A DNA stretch of 64,000 bases from Dehalococcoidia bacterium (GCA_965243745.1 CBDEVR010000002.1:967935-1031934); one strand, 5' to 3'. Positions 37,717 through 47,097 are shown, counted from the stretch's first letter. The notes: generated by a model not told the origin, from the sequence alone. Numbers and translations: made by a program.

Positions 37717-38418
37717 TCAGAGCCCTAAGAACCGTATCGTGCTGTGCGCCTTGTGGATGCGGTTCAGGTTCACCAGCAGCGCCGTCAGCTCCTCCACGTA
37801 GCGCGAGTTCGACAGCGGCCCCGCGTCGACCGCCCGCAGCGACGGCATCGCCTCCGCGAGCGCCATCGTCTCGCGCCGCGCTGACTCGTCGTCGGCGGTC
37901 ACCGCGACATCGCCCTCGAGCGGATGGTCGGCCCGCAGCAGGTCGCGCGCGCTCATGTTCTGGAACGCGGCGGCGACGCGGCTCTCCGGCAGCAGGTCCC
38001 GCGTCAGCTCGCCCGCCGACCCCTCCGGCACACTCACGGCGCGCATCTGCCCGTCGACGAACTCCACCGGCGCGACGATGCTCACGACCAGCCGCCCCGC
38101 GAGCGCCTCGCGCAGCGACTCCGCCGTGGGACGCAGCCCCTCGAACGGCACCGCGAGCAGCACCGCGTCCGCCTCGCTCACCGCGTCCGCGTTCGCGGCG
38201 CCAGTGACGGCCAATCCTTCTTTCCCCTCGCCCCCTGGGAGAGGGTGCGCATCTTCGATGCGCGGGTGAGGGTTCCCCTCCAGCAGCCCAGACGCCGCCT
38301 CAGCCGCGCGACCCGCGTCCCGCGAGCCGATGACGACCTCGTGTCCGGCCATGGCCAGCCGCAGCGCGAGCCCGCGCCCCTCCGGTCCCGTTCCTCCCAC
38401 GATCGCGATACGTGTCAT
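37717..38418 (-). CDS. npdG: NADPH-dependent F420 reductase (Fno/NpdG-like)
   Basis: Start at MTRIAIVGGTGPEGRGLALRLA (38418), 4 nt after the upstream stop. Rossmann motif and family-typical N-terminus. Confidence 0.7.
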   Translation of the reverse strand: MTRIAIVGGTGPEGRGLALRLAMAGHEVVIGSRDAGRAAEAASGLLEGNPHPRIEDAHPLPGGEGKEGLAVTGAANADAVSEADAVLLAVPFEGLRPTAESLREALAGRLVVSIVAPVEFVDGQMRAVSVPEGSAGELTRDLLPESRVAAAFQNMSARDLLRADHPLEGDVAVTADDESARRETMALAEAMPSLRAVDAGPLSNSRYVEELTALLVNLNRIHKAHSTIRFLGL

Positions 38419-38422
38419 GGGT

Positions 38423-39349
38423 TTACGCCAGTCCCGTGATGTCCGCGAGCCGTTCAAGGTGCTCTTCCATGTCGAACACCGGGTTCAGCAGCACCTCGTC
38501 CAGCCCCATCTCGGCCCACTCCTCCAGCAGCTCGCCGATCTTCGATGCGCTGCCCCATATGGCGGCGTGCTCCGCATTGTCAGGGTTGCCGTAGTAGTAG
38601 CCGAACCACTCCCGCAGACGCCGCAGCGCCCGTGACTCGTCGTCGTCGACCGCCAGGTAGAGCCGCTTCGAGATGGGGAACGACGCCGGGTCGCGGCCCG
38701 ACTCCGCGAGGTGCGACTGCACGAGCGCCACCTTGCGCGGGAAGTCGGCGAGCGCCCCGCTGCCCGCGCCCATCCACCCGTCGGCGTGGCGCACGCTGCG
38801 CGCGAGGGCGGCGTCGGCGTTCGCCCCGAAGATGATCGGCGGGTGCGGACGTTGCACAGGCTTCGGATCGATGTTCGCGTCCGGCAGGTCGTAGAAGGCA
38901 CCGGAGTGGCCGGACGGCGATTGCCCCCACAGCGCGCGTATCGCCTGCACCTGCTCGACGAACCGGGTGACGCGGCGCTCCGCCGTGATGCCGTACATCG
39001 GCAATTCCGCCCCGCTGTTGCCGAGCCCGACCCCGAGCACGAGCCGCCCGCCGCTCATCGCGTCGATGTCGGCGGCCAGCTTCGCGAGCATGACCGGGTT
39101 GTGGCGCGGCAGCACGAGCACCGACACCCCGATGCGCGCGGTCGACGTCTGCCCCGCGAGCCACGCGAGGAACGACAGCGGGTGGAGGACGGTGGGCGAG
39201 CCGGTGACGCGCTCCTGCGTCCAGAGGCTCGCGTAGCCCATCTCCTCGGCACGGCGCACGTACGATGCTGCGAACGTCATGTCCACGTTGCCGTCCGTGA
39301 AGATATGCGGCGACGCGATGCCGATCTTCATGCGGTCTGCGATGGCCAT
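38423..39349 (-). CDS. luciferase-like monooxygenase (LLM) class flavin/F420-dependent oxidoreductase
   Basis: 308-aa TIM-barrel LLM pattern (SLWTQERV, GRLVLGVGLG). Co-operonic with the Fno-like gene. Confidence 0.75.
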   Translation of the reverse strand: MAIADRMKIGIASPHIFTDGNVDMTFAASYVRRAEEMGYASLWTQERVTGSPTVLHPLSFLAWLAGQTSTARIGVSVLVLPRHNPVMLAKLAADIDAMSGGRLVLGVGLGNSGAELPMYGITAERRVTRFVEQVQAIRALWGQSPSGHSGAFYDLPDANIDPKPVQRPHPPIIFGANADAALARSVRHADGWMGAGSGALADFPRKVALVQSHLAESGRDPASFPISKRLYLAVDDDESRALRRLREWFGYYYGNPDNAEHAAIWGSASKIGELLEEWAEMGLDEVLLNPVFDMEEHLERLADITGLA

Positions 39350-39712
39350 TGCACTCCTGACCGCGCCCCGCTCACTCCTGGGGCGCTTTTCTCATGGTGA
39401 CATTTGGTGCCATTCGGTGCCACTGCGCTCCTGAGCGGCGTGTGTCCGCCGCATCGAACCGGAGCCTGCGCACCGGCCTTCCATGGTAGGGGGCGGCGGC
39501 TGGGCGGGGCAAGGGGCAAGTGTCAGTGGGGGTTATTGCCCCGCGAACAGGTGTGCATGCAACCGTGCGACAGGGTGAGCTTCCCAGATTTGGTGGCACG
39601 CACTTGTTACGCAGTCGGCGCTCTCTCCCGTAGGCTGGTGGATAGCCGCTGACACGGGCGTATCCAAACGGCCACGGCAGCGTGCTATACTGCATCGAGG
39701 AGTCATCGACCC

Positions 39713-39946
39713 ATGACCACCCAAGCCACACCCAACCTCACGGAACGCGTCAGCAGGCTCGAGGGCGCCTACGAACAGGTCAACGAGCGCCTGCGCGATA
39801 TCGTGGAATCCATCAAGGATATCCGCGCTGAGGTCGGTGGCCTCCACACTGAACTCAGCAGCCTCAAGACCACCATCATCATCATCGGGGGCGCTATGTG
39901 GGCGTCCACCGTGGGTGGCTTCATCGCCCTCCTCGTCACGAACTGA
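39713..39946 (+). CDS. small coiled-coil protein with C-terminal TM anchor (hypothetical)
   Basis: 77 aa. GAGGAG RBS 10 nt upstream of the ATG. Heptad-like N-terminal half and a hydrophobic tail (IIIIGGAMWASTVGGFIALLV). Confidence 0.5.
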   Translation: MTTQATPNLTERVSRLEGAYEQVNERLRDIVESIKDIRAEVGGLHTELSSLKTTIIIIGGAMWASTVGGFIALLVTN

Positions 39947-40271
39947 CTCGCTCCCCCTTCTGTGTATCCTGCCCATCCCAGTGAAGTTGTGACACGCGCC
40001 CCTTTCGAGGTCGCGCCCCAGCCCCGTACGCTGGACGGATGACTCCTGCACCGGCAGCACCCATGGACCGCGTCCATGGCGCACCCCTTACGCATGACAG
40101 TTTCTCCACGGCAGGAAGACACACGCGCTTTTGCTGCGGATCTTGAAATGAAGAACGCTGAAGCAGGCCACGGCCTTGTCGATATAGATCCGCTGGATGT
40201 CGAACATGCCCGCTTTCACTCGTGGAGACCGGATGAAGAACCGGATCTAGGACCAGCCCTGGAGCTTCTGG

Positions 40272-40318
40272 ATTCCCGCCTTCGCGGGAATGACGGAGGG
40301 GGCGGGAATGACGGAGGG
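40272..40318. repeat. palindromic REP-like element with tandem 17-nt duplication
   Basis: Perfect hairpin ATTCCCGC-CTTC-GCGGGAAT (40272-40291). The unit GCGGGAATGACGGAGGG occurs at 40284-40300 and again at 40302-40318. The reverse frame reads the familiar junk peptide VIPAKAGIQ. Confidence 0.6.
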
Positions 40319-40397
40319 AGGGCGCCCGTGTACAGACGCCTTCCGCCGCTGTACCATCCGCACACGACGAGAACCGTGACGTGAGGAGGGAGGAATC

Positions 40398-41465
40398 ATG
40401 GCGAAGCGCGCTTTCCCCGTCGTCGACTGCGACGGGCACATCATCGAGGCAAGTCTGGAGATGCTCGACTTCATGCCGGAGCCGTTCAAGTCCGTCATAA
40501 GCGGCAGCAGGAGCGCCGGCGGCAGGCTCTTCCCGGGTCTGGACGGCATGCACATGCCGCAGGCGCGACCGTCCGGCGCCGCGGGGCGCGAACGGGTCAA
40601 CGCCAGCGAGCACCGCATGGGCTCCGGCGAGGACTGGGTCGCCTTCCTGGAACGCGCCGAGATCGACAAGGCGGTCATGTTCACCACCCAGGGGCTGGCG
40701 GTCGGCATCATCCAGAACCCGGACTACGCCGTCGCCGTCTGCCAGGGCTTCAACGACTATGTCCACGCCGCCTACCGGAAGGTCAGCGACCGCCTGCACC
40801 CGATGGGGCTCATCCCCATGCAGAACGTGCCGGAGGCGGTCAAAGAACTCCGGCGCGCCGTCGAGGACCTCGGCCTGCCGGGCGCGATGCTCCCCACCCG
40901 CGGGCTCCCCGTGAACCTCGGCCACGAGATGTACTGGCCCGTCTACGAGGAGGCGGAGCGGCTCGGCTGCGTGCTCGCGCTCCACGGCGGCTCCAACCTC
41001 AACCTCGGCATGGAGGGCTTCATCGACAACGGCGCGTCCCACATCCTCCACCACCCGCTGCCGCTCATCATCAACTTCGTCTCGTTCTTCCGGCAGGGCG
41101 CGATCGACCGCTTCCCGGACCTCAAGCTCGGCTTCATGGAGGGCGGCGCGGGCTGGCTCGCGTTCGTGCTCGACCGCATCGCGCGAGAGGACGAGTACCG
41201 CCCCCGAGCGTCGAGCCTCGACGCCGAGGAGTGGGTCAAGAGCGGCAACGTCCTCATCGGCTGCGAGGGCAGCGAAGGCACGCTCGGCCACCTCGTCCAG
41301 CGCGTCGGAGCGATCCCGTTCGCCTACGCCTCCGACTACCCCCACGAGGTCGACGCGCTCAAGGCCGAGGAGGAGATCGACGAACTCGCCCACTACCCCG
41401 GCCTCTCGGACGACGACAAGGCCGCGGTCCTCGGCGGCAACGCCAAGCGCTTCTTCAACGTCTAG
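40398..41465 (+). CDS. amidohydrolase-2 (ACMSD/LigW-like) family metal-dependent hydrolase/decarboxylase
   Basis: N-terminal DCDGH metal motif and C-terminal DYPH. GGAGGGAGG RBS. Confidence 0.7.
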   Translation: MAKRAFPVVDCDGHIIEASLEMLDFMPEPFKSVISGSRSAGGRLFPGLDGMHMPQARPSGAAGRERVNASEHRMGSGEDWVAFLERAEIDKAVMFTTQGLAVGIIQNPDYAVAVCQGFNDYVHAAYRKVSDRLHPMGLIPMQNVPEAVKELRRAVEDLGLPGAMLPTRGLPVNLGHEMYWPVYEEAERLGCVLALHGGSNLNLGMEGFIDNGASHILHHPLPLIINFVSFFRQGAIDRFPDLKLGFMEGGAGWLAFVLDRIAREDEYRPRASSLDAEEWVKSGNVLIGCEGSEGTLGHLVQRVGAIPFAYASDYPHEVDALKAEEEIDELAHYPGLSDDDKAAVLGGNAKRFFNV

Positions 41466-41475
41466 GAGGCGAACG

Positions 41476-42609
41476 ATGGCAAAGAACGGCTTCAGCATCA
41501 TCGACAGCGACATGCACATCATGGAGCCGCCCGACCTGTGGGAGCGGTATATCGACGCCGAGTTCAGATCGGCGGCGCCGGTAGGCACGGTCTCCGAGAA
41601 CGTGCGCGACCTCGGCGTCTACTTCCCCGACCGCGAGCGCTCGATGCGCGGGGCCCGCACGCCGCACCGCGGCCACAACTACGAGCGCAACCAGGCGCTC
41701 TACCGCGACCACGCGGCGCGGGGCTGGTCGCCGGAGGTCCAGTTGGAGGCGATGGACGCGGAAGGGCTCGACGTCGCTGTGCTCTTCCCCAGCCGGGGCC
41801 TCAGCGTGCTGACGATCCCCGACCTCGACCCGCGGTTCGCCGCCGCCATCGCCCGCGCCTACAACGACTGGTTGTACGACTTCTGCCAGGGCGACACGGC
41901 GCGGCTGCTCGGCGCGGGCATGATCTCCGTCTACGACGTCAACGACGCCGTGGAGGAGGCGCACCGCGTCGTCGAGGACCTGAAGTTCAGGGCGGTGTTC
42001 GTCCGCTCCAACATCGTGAACGGCAAGAGTTGGCACGACCCGTACTACGAACCGCTCTGGGACGCGCTGGAGGAGCTGGGCATACCGCTGGGCTTCCATG
42101 AGGCGTCGGGGTCGCGGTCGCGGCAGAGCGCCGAGAACTACGACCCGAATTTCGGCCTGCGCCGCATCTACGCGCAGCCGTTCGAGCAGATGCTGGCCAT
42201 CGGCAGCTTCGCGGCCGGAGGCGTCCTGGAGCATCACCCTCGCCTCAACGTCGCCTTCCTGGAGGCGAACTGCGCCTGGCTGCCGTGGATGCTCTGGCGC
42301 ATGGACGAGGGCTACGAGCGCGAGGCCGACATCTTCATGGAAGACCTGACGATGCCGCCCAGCGAGTACTTCAGGCGCCAGTGCTACGTGTCGGTCGAGC
42401 CCGACGAGTTCCCCGCCAAGTACACCATCGACGCCTTCGGCAACGACAACATCGTCTTCTCGACCGACTACCCCCACGGCGACTCGAAGTACCCGGCGGC
42501 GGTCGACAACTTCTTCGAACTGCCCTTCACCGACGAGGACCGCCGCAAGATCCTCTGGGACAACTGCGCCCGCTTCTACTCCATCGCAGGCGTCCCCAGC
42601 CCCGCATAA
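41476..42609 (+). CDS. amidohydrolase-2 family protein (paralogue)
   Basis: IDSDMH near the N-terminus and STDYPHGD near the C-terminus. Starts 10 nt after the previous stop. Confidence 0.7.
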   Translation: MAKNGFSIIDSDMHIMEPPDLWERYIDAEFRSAAPVGTVSENVRDLGVYFPDRERSMRGARTPHRGHNYERNQALYRDHAARGWSPEVQLEAMDAEGLDVAVLFPSRGLSVLTIPDLDPRFAAAIARAYNDWLYDFCQGDTARLLGAGMISVYDVNDAVEEAHRVVEDLKFRAVFVRSNIVNGKSWHDPYYEPLWDALEELGIPLGFHEASGSRSRQSAENYDPNFGLRRIYAQPFEQMLAIGSFAAGGVLEHHPRLNVAFLEANCAWLPWMLWRMDEGYEREADIFMEDLTMPPSEYFRRQCYVSVEPDEFPAKYTIDAFGNDNIVFSTDYPHGDSKYPAAVDNFFELPFTDEDRRKILWDNCARFYSIAGVPSPA

Positions 42610-42666
42610 CGAGTGCACGGCGCCGGCGTCAGGCGTATAGTGCACGTAACAACAAGGAGGGACGCC

Positions 42667-43284
42667 ATGGTTATAGAGACGAGGACCCAGAACGCGTTGG
42701 ACCGGTTCGTTTCGCAGACCCGCGAACTCTTCGCCTCGGAGCCCGACCTCGACAAGCGATGGACGGCGCTCGCGCCCATCCTCGCCGAACTGCTCGCCGA
42801 CCCCACCGTCATCGAAGCCTCGAAGTCCTGGCCGGACTGCGTCCCCGCCGACGGCCGCGCAGAGAACCTCATCTTCTACGAAGACCCGGACTACGGCTTC
42901 GCGGTCAACGGCCTGACGAAGGGCGAGGCCCGGCAAGGCGCGCGGGCGCGCATCCACGACCACGCCCACATCTACACGCTCTACGGCGTGCTCGACGGCC
43001 ACGAGCGCATCGAGCGCTACGACCGCCTCGACGACCGCTCGAAGCCGGACTATGCGGAGATCGCGCTGCGCAACAGCGACGTCGTCGGCCCCGGCGAGAT
43101 CGACCTCGTCAAGCCCTACGAGATCCACACGGAGATCACGGTCGGCGAGCGCACCGTTGCCGTCATCATCCGCAGCGAGAAGTCCGGCGGGTTCAACCAG
43201 GGCCGCTACGACCCGGAGACCAACTACTACTACGAGAGCCTCGGCCCGCGCCAGACGCAGGTCGACATGTTCCCGCAGTCCTGA
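42667..43284 (+). CDS. cysteine-dioxygenase-like cupin protein
   Basis: ATG at 42667 is preceded by AAGGAGGG. Cupin metal motif IHDHAH. Confidence 0.55.
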   Translation: MVIETRTQNALDRFVSQTRELFASEPDLDKRWTALAPILAELLADPTVIEASKSWPDCVPADGRAENLIFYEDPDYGFAVNGLTKGEARQGARARIHDHAHIYTLYGVLDGHERIERYDRLDDRSKPDYAEIALRNSDVVGPGEIDLVKPYEIHTEITVGERTVAVIIRSEKSGGFNQGRYDPETNYYYESLGPRQTQVDMFPQS

Positions 43285-43329
43285 GTTCCGCTCCCGGCTT
43301 GGTGTAGGGGCGTCCCTTGTGGGCGCCCT

Positions 43330-43635
43330 TCACCCACGCAGCCAGGGCACCGGGAGCACGCGCCCCCAGATGCGCCGGACGCGCATCCTGAAGTACGCGC
43401 CCTTGCCGAACAGCGTGCCGGTGACGAGGAGCAACAGCGAGTACGACGGCGTGATCAGCGCCACGTAGACGACGCGGTAGCCCCACGGGCCTGACCACAG
43501 CGAGCCCTCGATGCCGATGACCTCGTTCAGCAGGACGTGGCCCAGCGACGCCGCCAGCGCGCCGTTGACCGCGAACACCAGCATCACGACCGGGTAGTGC
43601 AGCGCGTCCCACGCTTGCCGGGCGCGCGTGGTCAT
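43330..43635 (-). CDS. small membrane protein (hypothetical)
   Basis: 101 aa with two to three hydrophobic helices. No family assigned with confidence. Confidence 0.45.
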   Translation of the reverse strand: MTTRARQAWDALHYPVVMLVFAVNGALAASLGHVLLNEVIGIEGSLWSGPWGYRVVYVALITPSYSLLLLVTGTLFGKGAYFRMRVRRIWGRVLPVPWLRG

Positions 43636-43657
43636 GAGACGTCGGCGCCGGGAAGCG

Positions 43658-44560
43658 TCATCCCGCGTCCTGCCGCGCCTCGACGCCCGCCAGCGCCTCC
43701 ACCGCCTTCACGACGGCCTGCGTGCCCTCGTCCGCGCCGCCCATCGCCTCGACCGCTGTCAGGTACTGCCGCGCCAGCCCCGTCACCGCGAGCGGCACGT
43801 GCTGCTCCTGCGCCGCCTCCAGGATGAGCCGGAGGTCCTTCTGCTGCAGCTTCACCATGAAGCCGGGCGCGAAGTCCCGCTGTGCCATACGCGGCCCCAG
43901 GTTGGAGAGCTGCCATGAGCCCGCCGCGCCGCCGGAGACCGCCTCCACCGTCTTGAGCAGGTCCGCGCCCTGCGACGCCGCGAACACGAGCGCCTCGGCG
44001 ACCGCCGCGCACGTCCCCGCGACGAGAATCTGGTTCACCAGTTTCGTCGTCTGCCCCATGCCGGACGGCCCCATAAGCGTGATGCTCTTGCCCATCGCCT
44101 CGAACACGGGCAGGCAGCGCTCGAACGTCTCCGGCTCGCCGCCGACCATGATGGTGAGCGTTCCCTGCTGCGCGCCCCAAGAACCGCCGCTCACCGGCGC
44201 GTCGAGCATCGCGATGCCGCGCTCCGACAGCCGCCCCGCGAGCGCCCGCGTCTCGGCGGGTGATATCGTGCTCATGTCGATGAGCACGGAGTCCTCACGC
44301 ATCGCTCCGGCCAAGCCGCCCTCGCCCTCCACGACCGCCAGCACGTCCGGCGTGTCGGGCACCATCGTGATGACGACCGACGCCGTGCTCCCGACCTCCG
44401 CGAGCGAACCCGCGACCGCTACGCCGTCCTCGCGCAGCGCCTCCGCCCGCGATGCGGTGCGGTTGTAGGCGATGACCTCGAACCCCGCCTTCGCGAGGTT
44501 GCGGGCCATGGGCCCGCCCATGATGCCCGTTCCAACGACGCCGACGATCTCAGCCATCAC
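43658..44560 (-). CDS. NAD(P)-dependent beta-hydroxyacid dehydrogenase (tartronate-semialdehyde / 3-hydroxyisobutyrate reductase family)
   Basis: GTGIMGGPMARNL Rossmann motif and overall 6-PGDH-like NAD-binding family pattern. Confidence 0.8.
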   Translation of the reverse strand: MMAEIVGVVGTGIMGGPMARNLAKAGFEVIAYNRTASRAEALREDGVAVAGSLAEVGSTASVVITMVPDTPDVLAVVEGEGGLAGAMREDSVLIDMSTISPAETRALAGRLSERGIAMLDAPVSGGSWGAQQGTLTIMVGGEPETFERCLPVFEAMGKSITLMGPSGMGQTTKLVNQILVAGTCAAVAEALVFAASQGADLLKTVEAVSGGAAGSWQLSNLGPRMAQRDFAPGFMVKLQQKDLRLILEAAQEQHVPLAVTGLARQYLTAVEAMGGADEGTQAVVKAVEALAGVEARQDAG

Positions 44561-45324
44561 CGGCCCTCCTCGGCTGCGCGCGCGCCGTCCACGTACGCCT
44601 TCGTCGCAGCCAGCAGCAATGCGTTCGCGCCGGTCAGGAACAGTTGCACGCCCCGGTCGCGCCAGTAGGCGTAGTCTTCCGGCGCCCGCGCGATTGTGCC
44701 CGCCGTCTTGCCCGCCGCCACGATCTTCTCCGACAGCTGCCCGATCGTCTCGAGCACGAGCGGGTGCTTCGCCTCGCCCGGCACTCCGAGCGCCACCGAG
44801 AGGTCGGACGGGCCGAGGAAGACGGCGTCCACGCCCTCCGTATTGATGATCTCGTCCGCGTTGTCGATGCCGTCGCGCGTCTCGATCTGCACCATCACGA
44901 CGGTCGCCTCGTTCGCCATGTCCGTGTAGCCGGGGGTCGTCGCGAAGTCGTTGGCGCGCACGCCCGCGAGCCCGCGCCTGCCCACCGGCGGGTACTTCAC
45001 CGAGTCCACCACGTACCGAGCGTCCGCGGCGTTGTTCACCATCGGGATCATCACGCCCAGTACGCCGGCGTCCAGGTACTTCGCCATCACTTGCTGCGTG
45101 TTCTCGCCCACGCGAGCCATCGCGGGGACGCCCTTCGCCTCCGCCGCGCGCACCATGTCCACCGCGTCACCCGCAGCGATGGGGTTGTGCTCGCCGTCGA
45201 TCATCACGTAGTCCACGCCCCCGACCGCGAGCAGTTCCACTGTGGTGGGCGACTCGATGCTGACGAACACGCCCACGAGGGGGTCGCCGGACCGGAGTTT
45301 CGCCCTGAATGCGCCATCGATCAT
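44557..45324 (-). CDS. HpcH/HpaI-family 2-keto-3-deoxy-acid aldolase
   Basis: Start at MIDGAF (45324), an ATGA overlap with the upstream gene. Motifs D.VMIDGEH and QIET are present. The rest of tracked ORF 44557..45645 is low-complexity junk. Confidence 0.75.
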   Translation of the reverse strand: MIDGAFRAKLRSGDPLVGVFVSIESPTTVELLAVGGVDYVMIDGEHNPIAAGDAVDMVRAAEAKGVPAMARVGENTQQVMAKYLDAGVLGVMIPMVNNAADARYVVDSVKYPPVGRRGLAGVRANDFATTPGYTDMANEATVVMVQIETRDGIDNADEIINTEGVDAVFLGPSDLSVALGVPGEAKHPLVLETIGQLSEKIVAAGKTAGTIARAPEDYAYWRDRGVQLFLTGANALLLAATKAYVDGARAAEEGR

Positions 45325-46352
45325 GCTGTCTCTCCTTCTTCGGGCGTGTACGCCCGCCGTGCTTCCTGCACCTGGCGCGCCACGAAGACCGCGCCTCCCG
45401 TTGCCACGATGCTCAAGTAACTGATGCTCCTGTCCACCAGCGCCACCGCCAGCGCCGCCTCGACCGCCAGTTCCAGTCCCAGCAGGCCCGTCACGCCGGT
45501 CTCGACCAGCCCCAGCCCGCCGGGCGTGAGCGGCACTGCGGTGAGCAGCCCGTTCGCCATCGGCACGAAGAGCACCAGCCCCAGCGCCACCGGCGTTCCG
45601 ACCGCCATCACGACGCAGAACAGCCGCCCGGCCTCCGAAAGCCATCCGGCGACGCCGAGCGCGAACACGACGTGCATGCGCCCGAAACTGTCCATCGTCC
45701 CGCTGTGGAAACGGTGGTACATCTCCCGCAGCCTCTCAGGCAATCGGGGCGCGACCCACCGTCGGGCGAGGACCATCGCCGCGAGCCCCCCGCCGACAAC
45801 CAGAAGCGCCCCCACCGCAACCCCTACGAGGAAGACCGGAGGAACGATCTGGCCGCCGACGAACAGTGCGCCAACGCCTATCGTGATGAGCACCGCGACG
45901 ACGACGAGGTCGATGAACCGGTCCGCCATCACCGTGCCCATGCTGCGTGAGAAGCTCGTGTTCGTGTCGGTCGCGTAGGCATAGGCGCGGTAGGCGTCGC
46001 CCACCCTGAACCAGGTCACCGAGTTCACGAACCACCCCATGAGGATGACCCGCGCCGCGTACGCCACCGTGGGCGGAGGACCGCCGCCGTGCCGGTGCGC
46101 GTTCGCGATCAGCGCACGCCACCGCGCACCCCGGAAGATGAACGTGGTGTAGTGCGAGACGAACGCCGCGGCGTACCACCACGGGTTCAGCGTCGTGATG
46201 TGCTCCCACGTGTCGCTGAAGCCGATGTCCAGCTGCGTCGTGAGCAGCACGATCACCAGCACGAGCGCGGCGAGCGGTATCCCTGTCTTTGGGGAGAGGA
46301 GCCTGCGCTTCAGCGACTGGTTGGCCTTGAGCGATGCCAGGACGTTTGCCAC
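45321..46352 (-). CDS. lysylphosphatidylglycerol-synthase-TM / flippase-like (UPF0104) membrane protein
   Basis: 343-aa polytopic protein with the family-typical pattern (FRGARW, LTPGGLG). Confidence 0.65.
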   Translation of the reverse strand: MANVLASLKANQSLKRRLLSPKTGIPLAALVLVIVLLTTQLDIGFSDTWEHITTLNPWWYAAAFVSHYTTFIFRGARWRALIANAHRHGGGPPPTVAYAARVILMGWFVNSVTWFRVGDAYRAYAYATDTNTSFSRSMGTVMADRFIDLVVVAVLITIGVGALFVGGQIVPPVFLVGVAVGALLVVGGGLAAMVLARRWVAPRLPERLREMYHRFHSGTMDSFGRMHVVFALGVAGWLSEAGRLFCVVMAVGTPVALGLVLFVPMANGLLTAVPLTPGGLGLVETGVTGLLGLELAVEAALAVALVDRSISYLSIVATGGAVFVARQVQEARRAYTPEEGETA

Positions 46353-46362
46353 GTACTTAAGC

Positions 46363-47097
46363 CTAAATCAGCGGACGTTTCGCCGGAATCCCCGCTTTCC
46401 TCGGATATCGCACGGTCGTGGATTCTACTTTCTTCACCACGATGACGTGGCGGTGCTCCAGTCCCGCTTCGGCGCCCACGCGCTCCACTCCTGTGACCCG
46501 CCCTCCGAGCAACGCGGCGGCCTCCGCGTGCGCGTCAGCCTCGGACGAGGCGTCCATTCCCCGCTGACCCAACAGTATCCCGCCTGTCCTGCAGAACGGC
46601 AGCGTCAGTTCGAGCACGACCGGCCACGGCCCGAGCGCGCGGCAGACCGCGACGTCGAACGACTCGCGCAGCGCGGGATCGCGCGCCGTATCCTCCGCGC
46701 GGGCGTGCAGCACGTCCACGTTCAGTCCCAGCTCCGTCGCAACGCGCTCCAGGTACGCCGTCTTCTTGCGTGTGGCGTCCATGAGCGTGACGCGCAGCGT
46801 AGGCTCGGCGATCGCCAGCACGAGTCCGGGGAAGCCGCCGCCCGTGCCGACATCCACCAGCCGCCCCTCGTGTAGACCCGCGCTGCGGACCAGCGGCAGC
46901 AGTGTGAGCGAGTCGAGCACGTGGCCGCGCAGCACGTCGGCGAGCGCGGCCTCCGACATCAGCGACGCCGACGCGTTGTAAGAATGCAGCAGGTCAACCA
47001 TCCGGCGGATGCTTTCGGCCTGCGCAGGAGAGAGCGGGGCATCGATCCGGGCCGCTGCTTCGATGAACGCGTCCTGGTCTAACGGTGCGTAGGACAC
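46363..47097 (-). CDS. rsmG: 16S rRNA (guanine527-N7)-methyltransferase
   Basis: SAM motif VDVGTGGGFPG and overall GidB pattern. Confidence 0.8.
   Translation of the reverse strand: MSYAPLDQDAFIEAAARIDAPLSPAQAESIRRMVDLLHSYNASASLMSEAALADVLRGHVLDSLTLLPLVRSAGLHEGRLVDVGTGGGFPGLVLAIAEPTLRVTLMDATRKKTAYLERVATELGLNVDVLHARAEDTARDPALRESFDVAVCRALGPWPVVLELTLPFCRTGGILLGQRGMDASSEADAHAEAAALLGGRVTGVERVGAEAGLEHRHVIVVKKVESTTVRYPRKAGIPAKRPLI

Noticed and set aside
39363-39393. Terminator-like hairpin GCGCCCC-N10-GGGGCGC-TTTT on the plus strand
   Set aside because: No plus-strand gene lies upstream. On the minus strand it sits in the 5' leader of the LLM gene, and its loop carries an AGGAG. It is not annotated as a terminator and is mentioned only under the gene-poor-gap finding.
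40076-40384. 102-aa plus-strand ORF
   Set aside because: Its C-terminal third is the translation of the palindromic/tandem repeat (..DSRLRGNDGGGGNDGG..). There is no RBS and no motifs. A 39-codon minus-strand frame in the low-GC patch (MFDIQRIYIDK...) was also unrecognisable.
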